Below are positions 39,086 through 48,232 of a DNA stretch of 64,000 nucleotides, piece by piece. Below the pieces are notes generated by a model. That model had not been told where the DNA came from, did no database searches, and worked only from the letters and a program-made list of their open reading frames with translations. How positions within the stretch are numbered: position 1 is the first letter of the stretch; the number at the start of each line of letters is the position of its first letter. Source of the DNA: Bacteroidales bacterium (GTDB lineage Bacteria > Bacteroidota > Bacteroidia > Bacteroidales > F082); contig JAFZKP010000013.1 in assembly GCA_017553625.1 (NCBI GenBank), positions 374 through 64,373 on the forward strand, in the 5' to 3' direction. Both the position numbers and the translations under genes were made by a program.

Positions 39086-40957
39086 ATGGAAGATAGAATA
39101 ATCGTATGTTGGAACAAAAATGGATTTGAAGAGGAGTTAAAGAAAAACCCATCATTCATTGTTTGCACAAGTTTCAATGAGTTTAAGAATCTGAACAAAA
39201 TGTTACTTAAGAATACCATTGGTTTTGTCGTTTTGTGTGAATTGACCTGGGATGATGAAAAAGATAATCTTACATTGTTAGAGTTTGGAGGTATTACGTT
39301 TGTCCAACGTTATGTTCGAGGTAAAATGAGTTTAAAAGCACCGGTTGTTTTTACTTCAATTAATGAGCGTGACTATATTATTAGCAAACGACGTGATGCA
39401 ACAATAATAAAAACGCCCGCACTGCAACATGGATTTGTGAAGTTTAATCCTACAACAATCCGTAAAGATTTGGTGCGCACATTACAAAACATGCAATATC
39501 TGACAAATGCAGAGCTCGCTTATACAAAACTATTATATTGTGATATCAAAGGATTATTGGTGCAAATCAGCCATGAATTAGGCAGTAGAGCAAAAAACGA
39601 GCAAGATAAATATCGAAAAGACATTGAATATGTTATCAAAGAACAATTTAATAATGACAGTGGCTTGATAGAATACCTCCATAATACTGATGATTTGGGT
39701 GACTTTTGCAAGAAGCTTATAACAAGGCTAGAATCTTCGGAAAACTTACCAGAATACGGTGGTTTCCTTAATGATATTCGTCATAAAACAATAAGAATAT
39801 TGTTGGTTGATGACAAACAAGAAGAGGATGAATATGTTGGCAATTTCGTTAATTACATCAAAAATATGGGACAAAAGAACAAAAACCCTATGTTTAAAAT
39901 AACTGTAATTAACAATATAGATATTGTCGACTATGACTCAATAATAGATTATGATGTGATTATTTGTGATATTGAAATAAGAAATGACAAAGATGAGCTT
40001 ATAACACTTGGTTTTAACATAATTGAAAAAATGGCTAAAATAAGCAAGCGTCCTTTGTATTATATTGTAACAAATGTGTCTCGAAGTCTTTATGACCAAA
40101 TAAAAACTCCATATGTTAAACGAATTCGTCTTAAAAAAGAGGTTTTTGGCACAAAACAAAGTATAGAGACATTTTTGTATGGCATCAAAGAAGTGTTTGA
40201 TAGTAAATCGGAAGATACTGCAGGAAATGATAGCATAGGTGAAGCGGCATTTAAAAAATTTGATGCATTTATCAGAACAGATATATATCCTATTAATATA
40301 AGTTTTAAATCGTATTTAAGGAGCGTTGAGTCCTATGATGATCTTGCCAGTATTATTGTTAAAGATAAAACATTAGAACTAATTAAATATTTTCTAACAA
40401 TTTTTAGTGAAAATGATTTTAAACAAGGAATCGGAGAATATGAAAAATTTAAAATATTTGATGATAATTGTAAAAGAATGCGAGATTATATAAAAGATAA
40501 TTTTGGATATGGCAACGGTAAAAGTATTATCAAACGCATAAACGACAACGAAGAATTATCATCTAAAGATGTGAGTAATTTTGTGGTAAAAATAATTTTG
40601 AGGAGGTTTTTTTTATATGTAAAATCATTCGTTGAACATTATGACATAATGGAGTCTTTTAAGGCTTATAAAAACTCCGATATAGAAATAGCAGAGATCA
40701 ACAAAGATAGAAGTTTAACTGTTAAAGACATTGCCTGTAGGGCTATCAGCGACCAATTCAAAAAGTTGTTAACTTCAAAAGGAGCGCATAGATCTCAAGA
40801 GGACATGTCTCATTGTTTGGGTGAAACATTGCTAATAAAGGCTGAGCGAGAGCCTATGTTAATGAATGATGAAGAAAAGATTTTTATTAGTATTATAAAA
40901 GGAAATGAGAGTTTTTATTCAACAAATAAAAAGATTATACAAGGATTAAAGATGTAG
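39086..40957 (+). CDS. Hypothetical protein with receiver (CheY)-like segments and an unknown ~250-aa C-terminal region
   Basis: 623 aa. The central segment 'IRILLVDDKQEE...YDVIICDIEI...LYYIVTNVS' keeps the receiver-like acidic pair, Asp and Thr. The N-terminal 'RIIVCWNKNG...FVVLCELTWDD...APVVFTS' shows a similar beta-alpha pattern. No family recognised for the rest. Confidence 0.65.
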   Translation: MEDRIIVCWNKNGFEEELKKNPSFIVCTSFNEFKNLNKMLLKNTIGFVVLCELTWDDEKDNLTLLEFGGITFVQRYVRGKMSLKAPVVFTSINERDYIISKRRDATIIKTPALQHGFVKFNPTTIRKDLVRTLQNMQYLTNAELAYTKLLYCDIKGLLVQISHELGSRAKNEQDKYRKDIEYVIKEQFNNDSGLIEYLHNTDDLGDFCKKLITRLESSENLPEYGGFLNDIRHKTIRILLVDDKQEEDEYVGNFVNYIKNMGQKNKNPMFKITVINNIDIVDYDSIIDYDVIICDIEIRNDKDELITLGFNIIEKMAKISKRPLYYIVTNVSRSLYDQIKTPYVKRIRLKKEVFGTKQSIETFLYGIKEVFDSKSEDTAGNDSIGEAAFKKFDAFIRTDIYPINISFKSYLRSVESYDDLASIIVKDKTLELIKYFLTIFSENDFKQGIGEYEKFKIFDDNCKRMRDYIKDNFGYGNGKSIIKRINDNEELSSKDVSNFVVKIILRRFFLYVKSFVEHYDIMESFKAYKNSDIEIAEINKDRSLTVKDIACRAISDQFKKLLTSKGAHRSQEDMSHCLGETLLIKAEREPMLMNDEEKIFISIIKGNESFYSTNKKIIQGLKM

Positions 40958-41003
40958 ATTTGATACTATATAGTTACTATAATAAACATATGGAAAATGG
41001 CCG

Positions 41004-41011
41004 CTATATTT
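41004..41011 (+). promoter_or_regulatory. Bacteroidetes -7 promoter box (TATATTTG)
   Basis: Exact match about 56 nt upstream of the ATG at 41067. Confidence 0.45.
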
Positions 41012-41066
41012 GCATTGTTGGTTTAAGATCCAAGTATAGATGTAAAATTTAATAATAAATAGTGTT

Positions 41067-44000
41067 ATGACAAACAAAAACAATATGGATTATTTAGTAG
41101 AAGACATAAGAAACGATGAAAAATCGTGCGCTGATTTTAGAGTAACATACAAAACGAGGTATAGCTTGTTGTTTGCACTTGACGAGAGCACAAATGAATT
41201 ATCCTTGATTGACGACATTGAAAATGTCAATGGAGAAAATGTCGTCATTAAAATACCAGCTAAAGTGCTGGATTATCCAGTTACAGGAATTGTCCGATTT
41301 TATGAATGCAGCTATTCCGAACAAATTCAAAAGCTAATCATTCCGGATTCAACTGTTAATATTGGAGAAGATGTATTTGCTTCATGTCCTGTAAAAAGTG
41401 TAGTAATTCCTGAATCTGTAACCAGTATTGGCGAAAATGCTTTTTCAGAGTGTTATTATTTAAAAAATGTCTTTATTCCTGCCTCTGTTATAAGAATCGG
41501 AACCGGAGCTTTTTCAGGATGCTCTAGATTGTCATCTATTAAAGTTGACAACAATAATATCTATTACGACTCTCGTAATAATTGTAATGCTATTATTAAA
41601 ACACAAGAGAATGTGCTTGTTGTTGGAAGTAAAAAAACAATTATTCCAGAAAACATTAATGAAATAGGTTATTCAGCATTTTCCCACATTCACTTAACAA
41701 AGATAGTTATTCCGGACTCCGTAAAGTTTATTGGTGACTATGCATTTTATGAATGTGGATATTTAAAAGAATTGTTCATTCCCAAATCCGTTAAACATAT
41801 AGGAGAAAAAGCTTTCGCTGGTTGCTCAAAGCTTCAGTCAATAGTAGTTGACAAGACCAATATGTTTTATGATTCTCGTTGTAATTGTAATGCTATTATT
41901 AAAAAAGATAGTGATACATTGATAACAGGATGCAAGAATACAATAATTCCAGACACCATTAAAGAGATTGGTGAATATGCATTTTATTTTTTATCATTGT
42001 CAAGTCTGGATATTCCGAAATCTGTTGTCAAGATTGGTGAAAGCGCTTTTAATATGTGTGATGGATTTGAGAGAGTTATCATACCTGATTCTGTCAAAAG
42101 CATTGATAGTCATGCTTTTGACAGTTGCTCTGTTGAAGAGGTTTTTCTTCCAAACAGTATTACCGAAATTGCGGATTCAGCATTTTCTTATAGTGAATTA
42201 AGAAAAATAATTATACCAAATTCTGTTATTAAAATTGCCGATTATGCGTTTTATGGTTGTCACTTTTTGACAGAAGTCGTTATTCCAAATACCCTTACTA
42301 AAATAGGCAAATTGGCGTTTGGATGCTGTCCTAGTGTACAAAACTTATATATTCCAGAATCTGTTGTAGATATTGACGATCTTGCATTTTCTGGATGTTC
42401 TAGGTTGTTAACCATTAATATTGACGAAGGCAACAGAATGTATGATTCGCGTAATAATTGTAATGCAATCATAGAAAGCGCTAAAAATAGGCTTATTCAG
42501 GGTTGTATACACACAAGCGTTCCAGATTCTATTGAAATAATCGGCAATAATGCTTTTTCATTTGTACACATTAGATCTATTAATATACCAAATTCAGTTT
42601 CTGTAATCGAAGATGAGGCTTTTTATCATTGTTGGAAACTTGAAAAGTTGGTGCTTTCGAAACATACGAAAAAAATAGGCAACTTCGTTTTTTGCGGATG
42701 TTCTGCTTTATCAGATATTATCGTGCCAGATTCTGTAGTTGAAATCGGTGAAGGGGTATTTGCAGAATGTGATAATCTACAAAAAATAGTTATAGCCGAG
42801 CCAGCAGCTTTAAATAATGCGTATGTTCCAAAGCATACAAAAATAGAAAACAAGCAGCCTTCATTATTTGACGACAGTTCTGTTGATGTCTCAAACCAAA
42901 ATGCGGCAAGAATAGATAAAATATTATATAAACAAGCAGTATTACAAAAAAGAATAGATCAACTAACTCTTCAAATAATTAATGAAGATACAAAGAGGAG
43001 TCAACGTTCAATTTTTTATGACGCAGCATGGAGATTGTTAATAAGTACCAATGAGCAAAACCCTGAAGATGATGAAAAAAAACATTTGCTGGATGATGCG
43101 TTGTTTGAAATAATTAATTGTATTGATCTGGATAATCCAGACAATAATCCTGGTATAATAGTATTTGATGTACTTAAACGCAAATACTTTGATTTTTATG
43201 ATTTACAATTCATCAAATTTATCAACATATTTAACAATACTGGCAAGGAACAATTAGGTCATATCAGTTATTTTGCTGATTTTACACACAGTGCAAGTGG
43301 AGAAAACCTAATAAGGAAAGGTAAGGAGTTTATTACTAATAATTCTCATAAGGTTGATTTTAACAATGAGTATAACATTGTTGATGTTTCAATGTCAATA
43401 AAGGATTTGTTGAACGATTCAATATATTCTACTGCCTGCTTTGAATATAGCAAACAATCTAAGCCACCTGTTTTTTCTAATGGATACTATGCGTACAAAC
43501 TAGGATCCCTAAGCAAAAATTATGGTTATTCTAAGGGTATTACAGATTTGATATGTGAAAAAGAAGAGGATTCGTCCAAAGAAAATATATTCAATCACTG
43601 TTTAGATATCATTGATAATGGTTATAGTAATAGTTTTACAAACTATTTTCTTCTTTGGGGAAACTTGGCAAAAAAACACACGAATAAAAATGCCGAAATA
43701 GATAGGTTTTGTGTTTGTGCAAATGTTGGAATTGACATTAATAAAGGTAAAAAAGAAGACATAATCGCTTTTTTAATAAATTTTCAAAGATTTATTGACA
43801 AGCTTTCTTTTTGCCTTATTTTTGAAATCAAAAATCACCAACTTCATCAATCCGCAGCTATCGCTTCTGTCTCACAAGCTTTGACACGCAACATGAGTCA
43901 TAATATTAGGTCACACGTGTCAAGCAACTACACTTCGAATAAAGCTTACGAGATACTAAAAGACGATTATATAAAACAAAATCTGAACAATTACATATCT

Positions 44001-45860
44001 TCTGAAGAAGATAAAGTCGTATTTCCTTGTGGGGAAAATCTCCAGTTGCCATATTTTATTCAGTATCTGAATAACCGTATGGACTATTTAAGCGAAATGA
44101 CCTTTGATGTTCCTTCTATAATGACAACAAAACGTTTTTACGCAAACATTTTTAAAGAATTAGATCGAGGGCGCATCTTGCTAAACCATATTCCTGGCAT
44201 ATCGGGATTCAGGTATGAATTTTCACTAATATACAATGGTAAAACCATGTCCGATCAAAACGATTTATCAGTGTATCTGCCAGATGTACTTGGAAATCAA
44301 GCAGTGTTTAATATTTTAGAAAACATCATTAGAAACACAGCCAAGCATTCGACAAGACACAATGATGATAAAATTGTTTTCAATATTGAAGTTGTTGAGG
44401 ATGCAAATTTCCCGGAATACTATTGTGTTGAGATTGATAATGGGATAAATGTAGATGACATTACAGAATTAGTGTGTAAACAGAACAAAATACTAAATGA
44501 TTCCGTATTGGGTGACGACGAAAAGCTTCGTACATACGGATTGGGGTTGCTCGAGATGGCTGTGGCTGCTGCTTTTCTCCGCCAGGTCGATATTGTAAAA
44601 GTGGATTCATATGAATACCGTTTTGAGAACACGGACGAATATACCAATAAATATGGCAATCTCATACTTCTTAAAGCCATAAATAAAAATGGTGCTTTAG
44701 GCTATCGGTTCTTCCTAAAAAAACCGATGGAGTTTCTGTTTTTAGGAGCTTTCGATGTCCTAGATTCACTAAAAACTGTTTTGGCTAAAGATGGCATCAA
44801 TTTTATCAGCGAAGAAGCTTTTGCCAAGGCTATGGACAAAAACGAATCATTTTTTCATTCGTTTATGTTTTATCCAAATACTGTGTCAGAAAAGACAAAA
44901 ACACTATTATCGGATGAATGCGATTGTAAAACCTTGCTGCCAGTACGAAAAATCAAATTAAATAAGGCAGAGATTCAGGAAATCAGCAAAAAAATTTTTA
45001 ATGGCGGCAATGACGTTCTTTTGCAATTAAAGGATACGGCTTGGAATAAGTATTTTTCTGCGACAATAGTAAAAGAACTGAAAAATCCTAATAATGCAAC
45101 ATTAGAAATACTCACATCTTTTGATTCAGAAAAAGACGAACAAACTGGAACTGCGAGTAATCAGGTTGTATTTCTGGATCATGGATTTAAAAAAATACAA
45201 GAAATTGCATGGGAACAGGCAAATAACGACAGCTCTTATGAAGCATGGATTGAAAACCTTTCAAGCCGAACAAGTGCAAAGCTTCCTGAGTTTGCTAGTT
45301 TGTCTATTGGGACAAAAGACAAAATCTGCAATTATGTGAATAATATTAGTAATTTGAACCGTATCAAAATAGAATTGTTTGAAGCGTACCACAACAAGGT
45401 CATTGTTTTGGACGAACGTATTCAAAGATTCTTAAAAGGTAGTTTCGAAGGCTCCTCGAACGAATATGGCGGTCCTATTCCTTGCCAAGAGCTTTTCAGA
45501 TCAACCAATGTACACATTCCCGAGACACCTCTTGATCCCAACACATTTGATAATATGGATAAAATGGAATTAGAGCGTTTTGTTAACGAAAATATACATG
45601 AAGCGTTCTTATTGATACACTATGGCATTTTAGAGCGTTTCTATCATGGCGAAAGAACAAAAATGGAAGAAGTATTAAATGAGTGGTCAAAGAAAGCGAA
45701 ACGTGTAGTGGTGACCAGCGGTCGCGGATCTCATTCATTGCCTCTACCTCCATCAGTGTGTTTCATTAATCTTTCTTCTGTTTTATATGCCTTTACGGAG
45801 AACAGAAACAAATTTATAATCAATTATTTACTCAATCAATCTAGAAGAAAAAATGGATAA
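41067..45860 (+). CDS. Giant cytoplasmic protein: BspA-type leucine-rich repeats + histidine-kinase-like (GHKL) ATPase module + degenerate receiver-like C-terminus
   Basis: 1597 aa with no signal peptide or TM run. About 500 aa are LRR_5-type repeats ('IPDSVK.IG..AF..C..L..I.IP.SV..IG..AF'). Then come 'RNMSHNIRSH' (H-box-like), 'NILENIIRNTAKHS' (N-box), 'VEIDNGINV' (G1-like), 'YGLGLLEMA' (G2-like), and the C-terminal 'VIVLDERIQ...FLLIHYGILE...VVVTSGRG'. Confidence 0.7.
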   Translation: MTNKNNMDYLVEDIRNDEKSCADFRVTYKTRYSLLFALDESTNELSLIDDIENVNGENVVIKIPAKVLDYPVTGIVRFYECSYSEQIQKLIIPDSTVNIGEDVFASCPVKSVVIPESVTSIGENAFSECYYLKNVFIPASVIRIGTGAFSGCSRLSSIKVDNNNIYYDSRNNCNAIIKTQENVLVVGSKKTIIPENINEIGYSAFSHIHLTKIVIPDSVKFIGDYAFYECGYLKELFIPKSVKHIGEKAFAGCSKLQSIVVDKTNMFYDSRCNCNAIIKKDSDTLITGCKNTIIPDTIKEIGEYAFYFLSLSSLDIPKSVVKIGESAFNMCDGFERVIIPDSVKSIDSHAFDSCSVEEVFLPNSITEIADSAFSYSELRKIIIPNSVIKIADYAFYGCHFLTEVVIPNTLTKIGKLAFGCCPSVQNLYIPESVVDIDDLAFSGCSRLLTINIDEGNRMYDSRNNCNAIIESAKNRLIQGCIHTSVPDSIEIIGNNAFSFVHIRSINIPNSVSVIEDEAFYHCWKLEKLVLSKHTKKIGNFVFCGCSALSDIIVPDSVVEIGEGVFAECDNLQKIVIAEPAALNNAYVPKHTKIENKQPSLFDDSSVDVSNQNAARIDKILYKQAVLQKRIDQLTLQIINEDTKRSQRSIFYDAAWRLLISTNEQNPEDDEKKHLLDDALFEIINCIDLDNPDNNPGIIVFDVLKRKYFDFYDLQFIKFINIFNNTGKEQLGHISYFADFTHSASGENLIRKGKEFITNNSHKVDFNNEYNIVDVSMSIKDLLNDSIYSTACFEYSKQSKPPVFSNGYYAYKLGSLSKNYGYSKGITDLICEKEEDSSKENIFNHCLDIIDNGYSNSFTNYFLLWGNLAKKHTNKNAEIDRFCVCANVGIDINKGKKEDIIAFLINFQRFIDKLSFCLIFEIKNHQLHQSAAIASVSQALTRNMSHNIRSHVSSNYTSNKAYEILKDDYIKQNLNNYISSEEDKVVFPCGENLQLPYFIQYLNNRMDYLSEMTFDVPSIMTTKRFYANIFKELDRGRILLNHIPGISGFRYEFSLIYNGKTMSDQNDLSVYLPDVLGNQAVFNILENIIRNTAKHSTRHNDDKIVFNIEVVEDANFPEYYCVEIDNGINVDDITELVCKQNKILNDSVLGDDEKLRTYGLGLLEMAVAAAFLRQVDIVKVDSYEYRFENTDEYTNKYGNLILLKAINKNGALGYRFFLKKPMEFLFLGAFDVLDSLKTVLAKDGINFISEEAFAKAMDKNESFFHSFMFYPNTVSEKTKTLLSDECDCKTLLPVRKIKLNKAEIQEISKKIFNGGNDVLLQLKDTAWNKYFSATIVKELKNPNNATLEILTSFDSEKDEQTGTASNQVVFLDHGFKKIQEIAWEQANNDSSYEAWIENLSSRTSAKLPEFASLSIGTKDKICNYVNNISNLNRIKIELFEAYHNKVIVLDERIQRFLKGSFEGSSNEYGGPIPCQELFRSTNVHIPETPLDPNTFDNMDKMELERFVNENIHEAFLLIHYGILERFYHGERTKMEEVLNEWSKKAKRVVVTSGRGSHSLPLPPSVCFINLSSVLYAFTENRNKFIINYLLNQSRRKNG

Positions 45861-46512
45861 AGTGCTGATATTTACCAACGAAAATAGTTGGAATAACATT
45901 TCTAAAAAAATCAGGGATAAAGTTAATTGGGATACATATCCCAATAACAACAGCCCGATAATGCAATGTGTTGTTAACCATAACAATAAAGTTGATTTGT
46001 ACTCCAAACCTGATTTTAATGAAGCAGGAATATATCTTGTCTATGATAAAATCAATATGGCTCAACTTTCGCAACTGTTAGACAAATGCAAAAATGATTC
46101 TTTATATATCCTGTTGCATTCATATAAAGAAGGAAGACGCAGACATGAAGATTTTACGCCTTGGGAAAGATACTGCCATATTGAACGTGGTTTGCATGAT
46201 AATGATGATAGTTTCAAGTATAAGCCGACGTTTAAAATTATTGCAGATTCCGAAGGAAATAAGATAGAGCGTATTATTAAAGATATTTTTTCACCATTAG
46301 AAGAAGCTGTCATAGAATTGCTGCATATCTGTACGGTTCCAAAAAAGAAAATTGAAGAAACAGATGCTTATCGAACGCTTATTCAAAATGAAGAATATAG
46401 AAACCTTCTAGAAAAGTTTAAAATAAAGTACGATTCATGTAACAATTTTGACGAATATAAGGATGTATGGGAAAAATTACGAAAAGATATTGTCCCCTTC
46501 CCTGAAAATTAA
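45853..46512 (+). CDS. Small hypothetical protein, translationally coupled to the giant gene (flavodoxin/receiver-like beta-alpha pattern)
   Basis: 219 aa. Its ATG overlaps the upstream stop (ATGGATAA, 8-nt overlap). The N-terminus 'KVLIFTNENSW' resembles 'RIIVCWNKNGF' of the 39086 gene. Confidence 0.65.
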   Translation: MDKVLIFTNENSWNNISKKIRDKVNWDTYPNNNSPIMQCVVNHNNKVDLYSKPDFNEAGIYLVYDKINMAQLSQLLDKCKNDSLYILLHSYKEGRRRHEDFTPWERYCHIERGLHDNDDSFKYKPTFKIIADSEGNKIERIIKDIFSPLEEAVIELLHICTVPKKKIEETDAYRTLIQNEEYRNLLEKFKIKYDSCNNFDEYKDVWEKLRKDIVPFPEN

Positions 46513-46707
46513 GTAAACTCATGAACTTAGACTGTTAATAATGAGAGTGAAAACTAAACTATGTCCGGCTACAAAACAACGTAGAAGTTTAATTTACGCT
46601 CTCAACTTTATTAAATCTTGTGTCCTACAAGATGGTTTGCGTCAATAGTCAAAATTCTTCTTTTCTTTGGCTTAAACGCATATCCGATTTTCAGGGAAGG
46701 GAACAAT
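46489..46707. repeat. 21-bp inverted repeat pair (20/21 identical) flanking a 177-bp spacer
   Basis: IR-L is attgtccccttccctgaaaat (46489..46509) and covers the last codons of the 219-aa gene. IR-R (46687..46707) reverse-complements to attgttcccttccctgaaaat. Confidence 0.85.
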
Positions 46708-46791
46708 CGAAGGTATAGGATTTGTTATGCCGGAAAAGATATGAGATCTTTTTGCCTTGTTTGATGAGATGGGAAATTAAGTACATTGTTT

Positions 46792-47493
46792 TTATTCTTT
46801 TCGTATAATCCTTGCGTACAAATGCATTTGATGTTCATGAAAAAAACCTGTTTCTATAGTAAATACTGACTCATCAATGGAGTTGGAAAGAAATAGCTTC
46901 CAACTGTCAATACTCCAGAAATGTATATGTTGTTCATATGTATCGAGTTTTCCGTTAGGAACAGTGATAATAGCGACACCATTTCTGTTTAATGCATCGA
47001 GAATATTTTTAACGGCAATTTGGGGATATAAAAGATGTTCTATTGTCTCTATGCAATAAACAACATCAAATTTTCCATCTATAGGATCGTAAATATCATG
47101 AACGGAGCATAGCAGATCGGGAATCATTAGACTTTTAGTCACGTTAACGCATGATTCAGAAAAGTCACAAGCACAAAACGGATTAGGTTTGTATAATGCG
47201 CTTATTTCTTCACACAATACGCCTGTGCCGCATGACACATCAAGTACTCCTTTCCCCGATATATCTATACCCGTTAGTCTAATTATTGATTTGTAAAATG
47301 GCACCTTTCTTTTAAATCCATAATACGTGTTCCTATTCACAGCTTTATTGATTGATTCCTTGCTATTACGATTAATAGCGGAAAAACCTCTGTCTTTCTT
47401 CTTAATAAAAATAATTTGATATCCAAACATATCCAGCTTATGTCTTGAATACAGTATTCTCCTAAACATATTCTTTTTTTTGTGCGATTTCAA
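46792..47493 (-). CDS. Class I SAM-dependent methyltransferase
   Basis: 233 aa with the 'VLDVSCGTGVL' motif I. An alternative start at M9 (47469) would reduce the overlap with the upstream gene. Confidence 0.8.
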   Translation of the reverse strand: MKSHKKKNMFRRILYSRHKLDMFGYQIIFIKKKDRGFSAINRNSKESINKAVNRNTYYGFKRKVPFYKSIIRLTGIDISGKGVLDVSCGTGVLCEEISALYKPNPFCACDFSESCVNVTKSLMIPDLLCSVHDIYDPIDGKFDVVYCIETIEHLLYPQIAVKNILDALNRNGVAIITVPNGKLDTYEQHIHFWSIDSWKLFLSNSIDESVFTIETGFFHEHQMHLYARIIRKE

Positions 47494-48232
47494 GATTAAC
47501 TAATACACGAAGGTCGATTATCCCTTCATAAGATTTTAATAAATTGTATATTTCTGTGTTTATTTGTTTATCTAAGTAACAATGTCCAATAAATGTTTCT
47601 AGCAAAGCAAGAAAATCATTAGAACTAACAGTGATAATGTTTTCAATCTCTTTATGCTCAACCAATGTGAATTCAGAGCTTTCTTCTATGTCTTTTCTTC
47701 TCTTTTCAATTTTCAGAAGTTGCTTTTGATAATTGCATTCAAATTGTTCATTATAGTGTTTATATATATTTGAGATTTCATTGTTTATTTCGCTATCAAA
47801 CACGCTATAATTGTTCCAATACAAAACCAAATAGCCTTTTTCATTTAATAAATCAGATGCTTTTTTATATTTAATTGACTTATCTATCCAATGAAAAGCT
47901 GTTGCTGAAATAATTCCATCATATTTGTTGCTTGAATAAAAACTCTCAAAGTTACAGCCAATAATCTTTATATTTTTAGTGGCAAACTTATGTTTCAACA
48001 ATGAAACAAAGTGATCACCTGGTTCAACGACTGTCAAATCAGGATGCCACTTTCTATATATTTCATTCGTTGCTATTCCACTCCCAGCTCCTATTTCAAG
48101 TATTTTTGAATTTGAATTAAACCCGCATATGGATGATATTATTTGATATACATCATCAACATAACCAAGTCTTGCAGACTGATATGTTTCATAATATTCA
48201 TTAAAATACCATTTCTGTTTTTCGTCTTTCAT
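47462..48232 (-). CDS. Class I SAM-dependent methyltransferase
   Basis: 256 aa with the 'ILEIGAGSGIAT' motif I. Confidence 0.8.
   Translation of the reverse strand: MKDEKQKWYFNEYYETYQSARLGYVDDVYQIISSICGFNSNSKILEIGAGSGIATNEIYRKWHPDLTVVEPGDHFVSLLKHKFATKNIKIIGCNFESFYSSNKYDGIISATAFHWIDKSIKYKKASDLLNEKGYLVLYWNNYSVFDSEINNEISNIYKHYNEQFECNYQKQLLKIEKRRKDIEESSEFTLVEHKEIENIITVSSNDFLALLETFIGHCYLDKQINTEIYNLLKSYEGIIDLRVLVNLEIAQKKEYV

Noticed and set aside
46510-46791. Possible transposase remnant or small gene in the spacer after the three-gene cassette (minus-frame 'KPKKRRILTIDANHLVGHKI')
   Set aside because: It is too short, has no start or promoter, and I cannot tie it to any IS family. Only the inverted repeats are reported.
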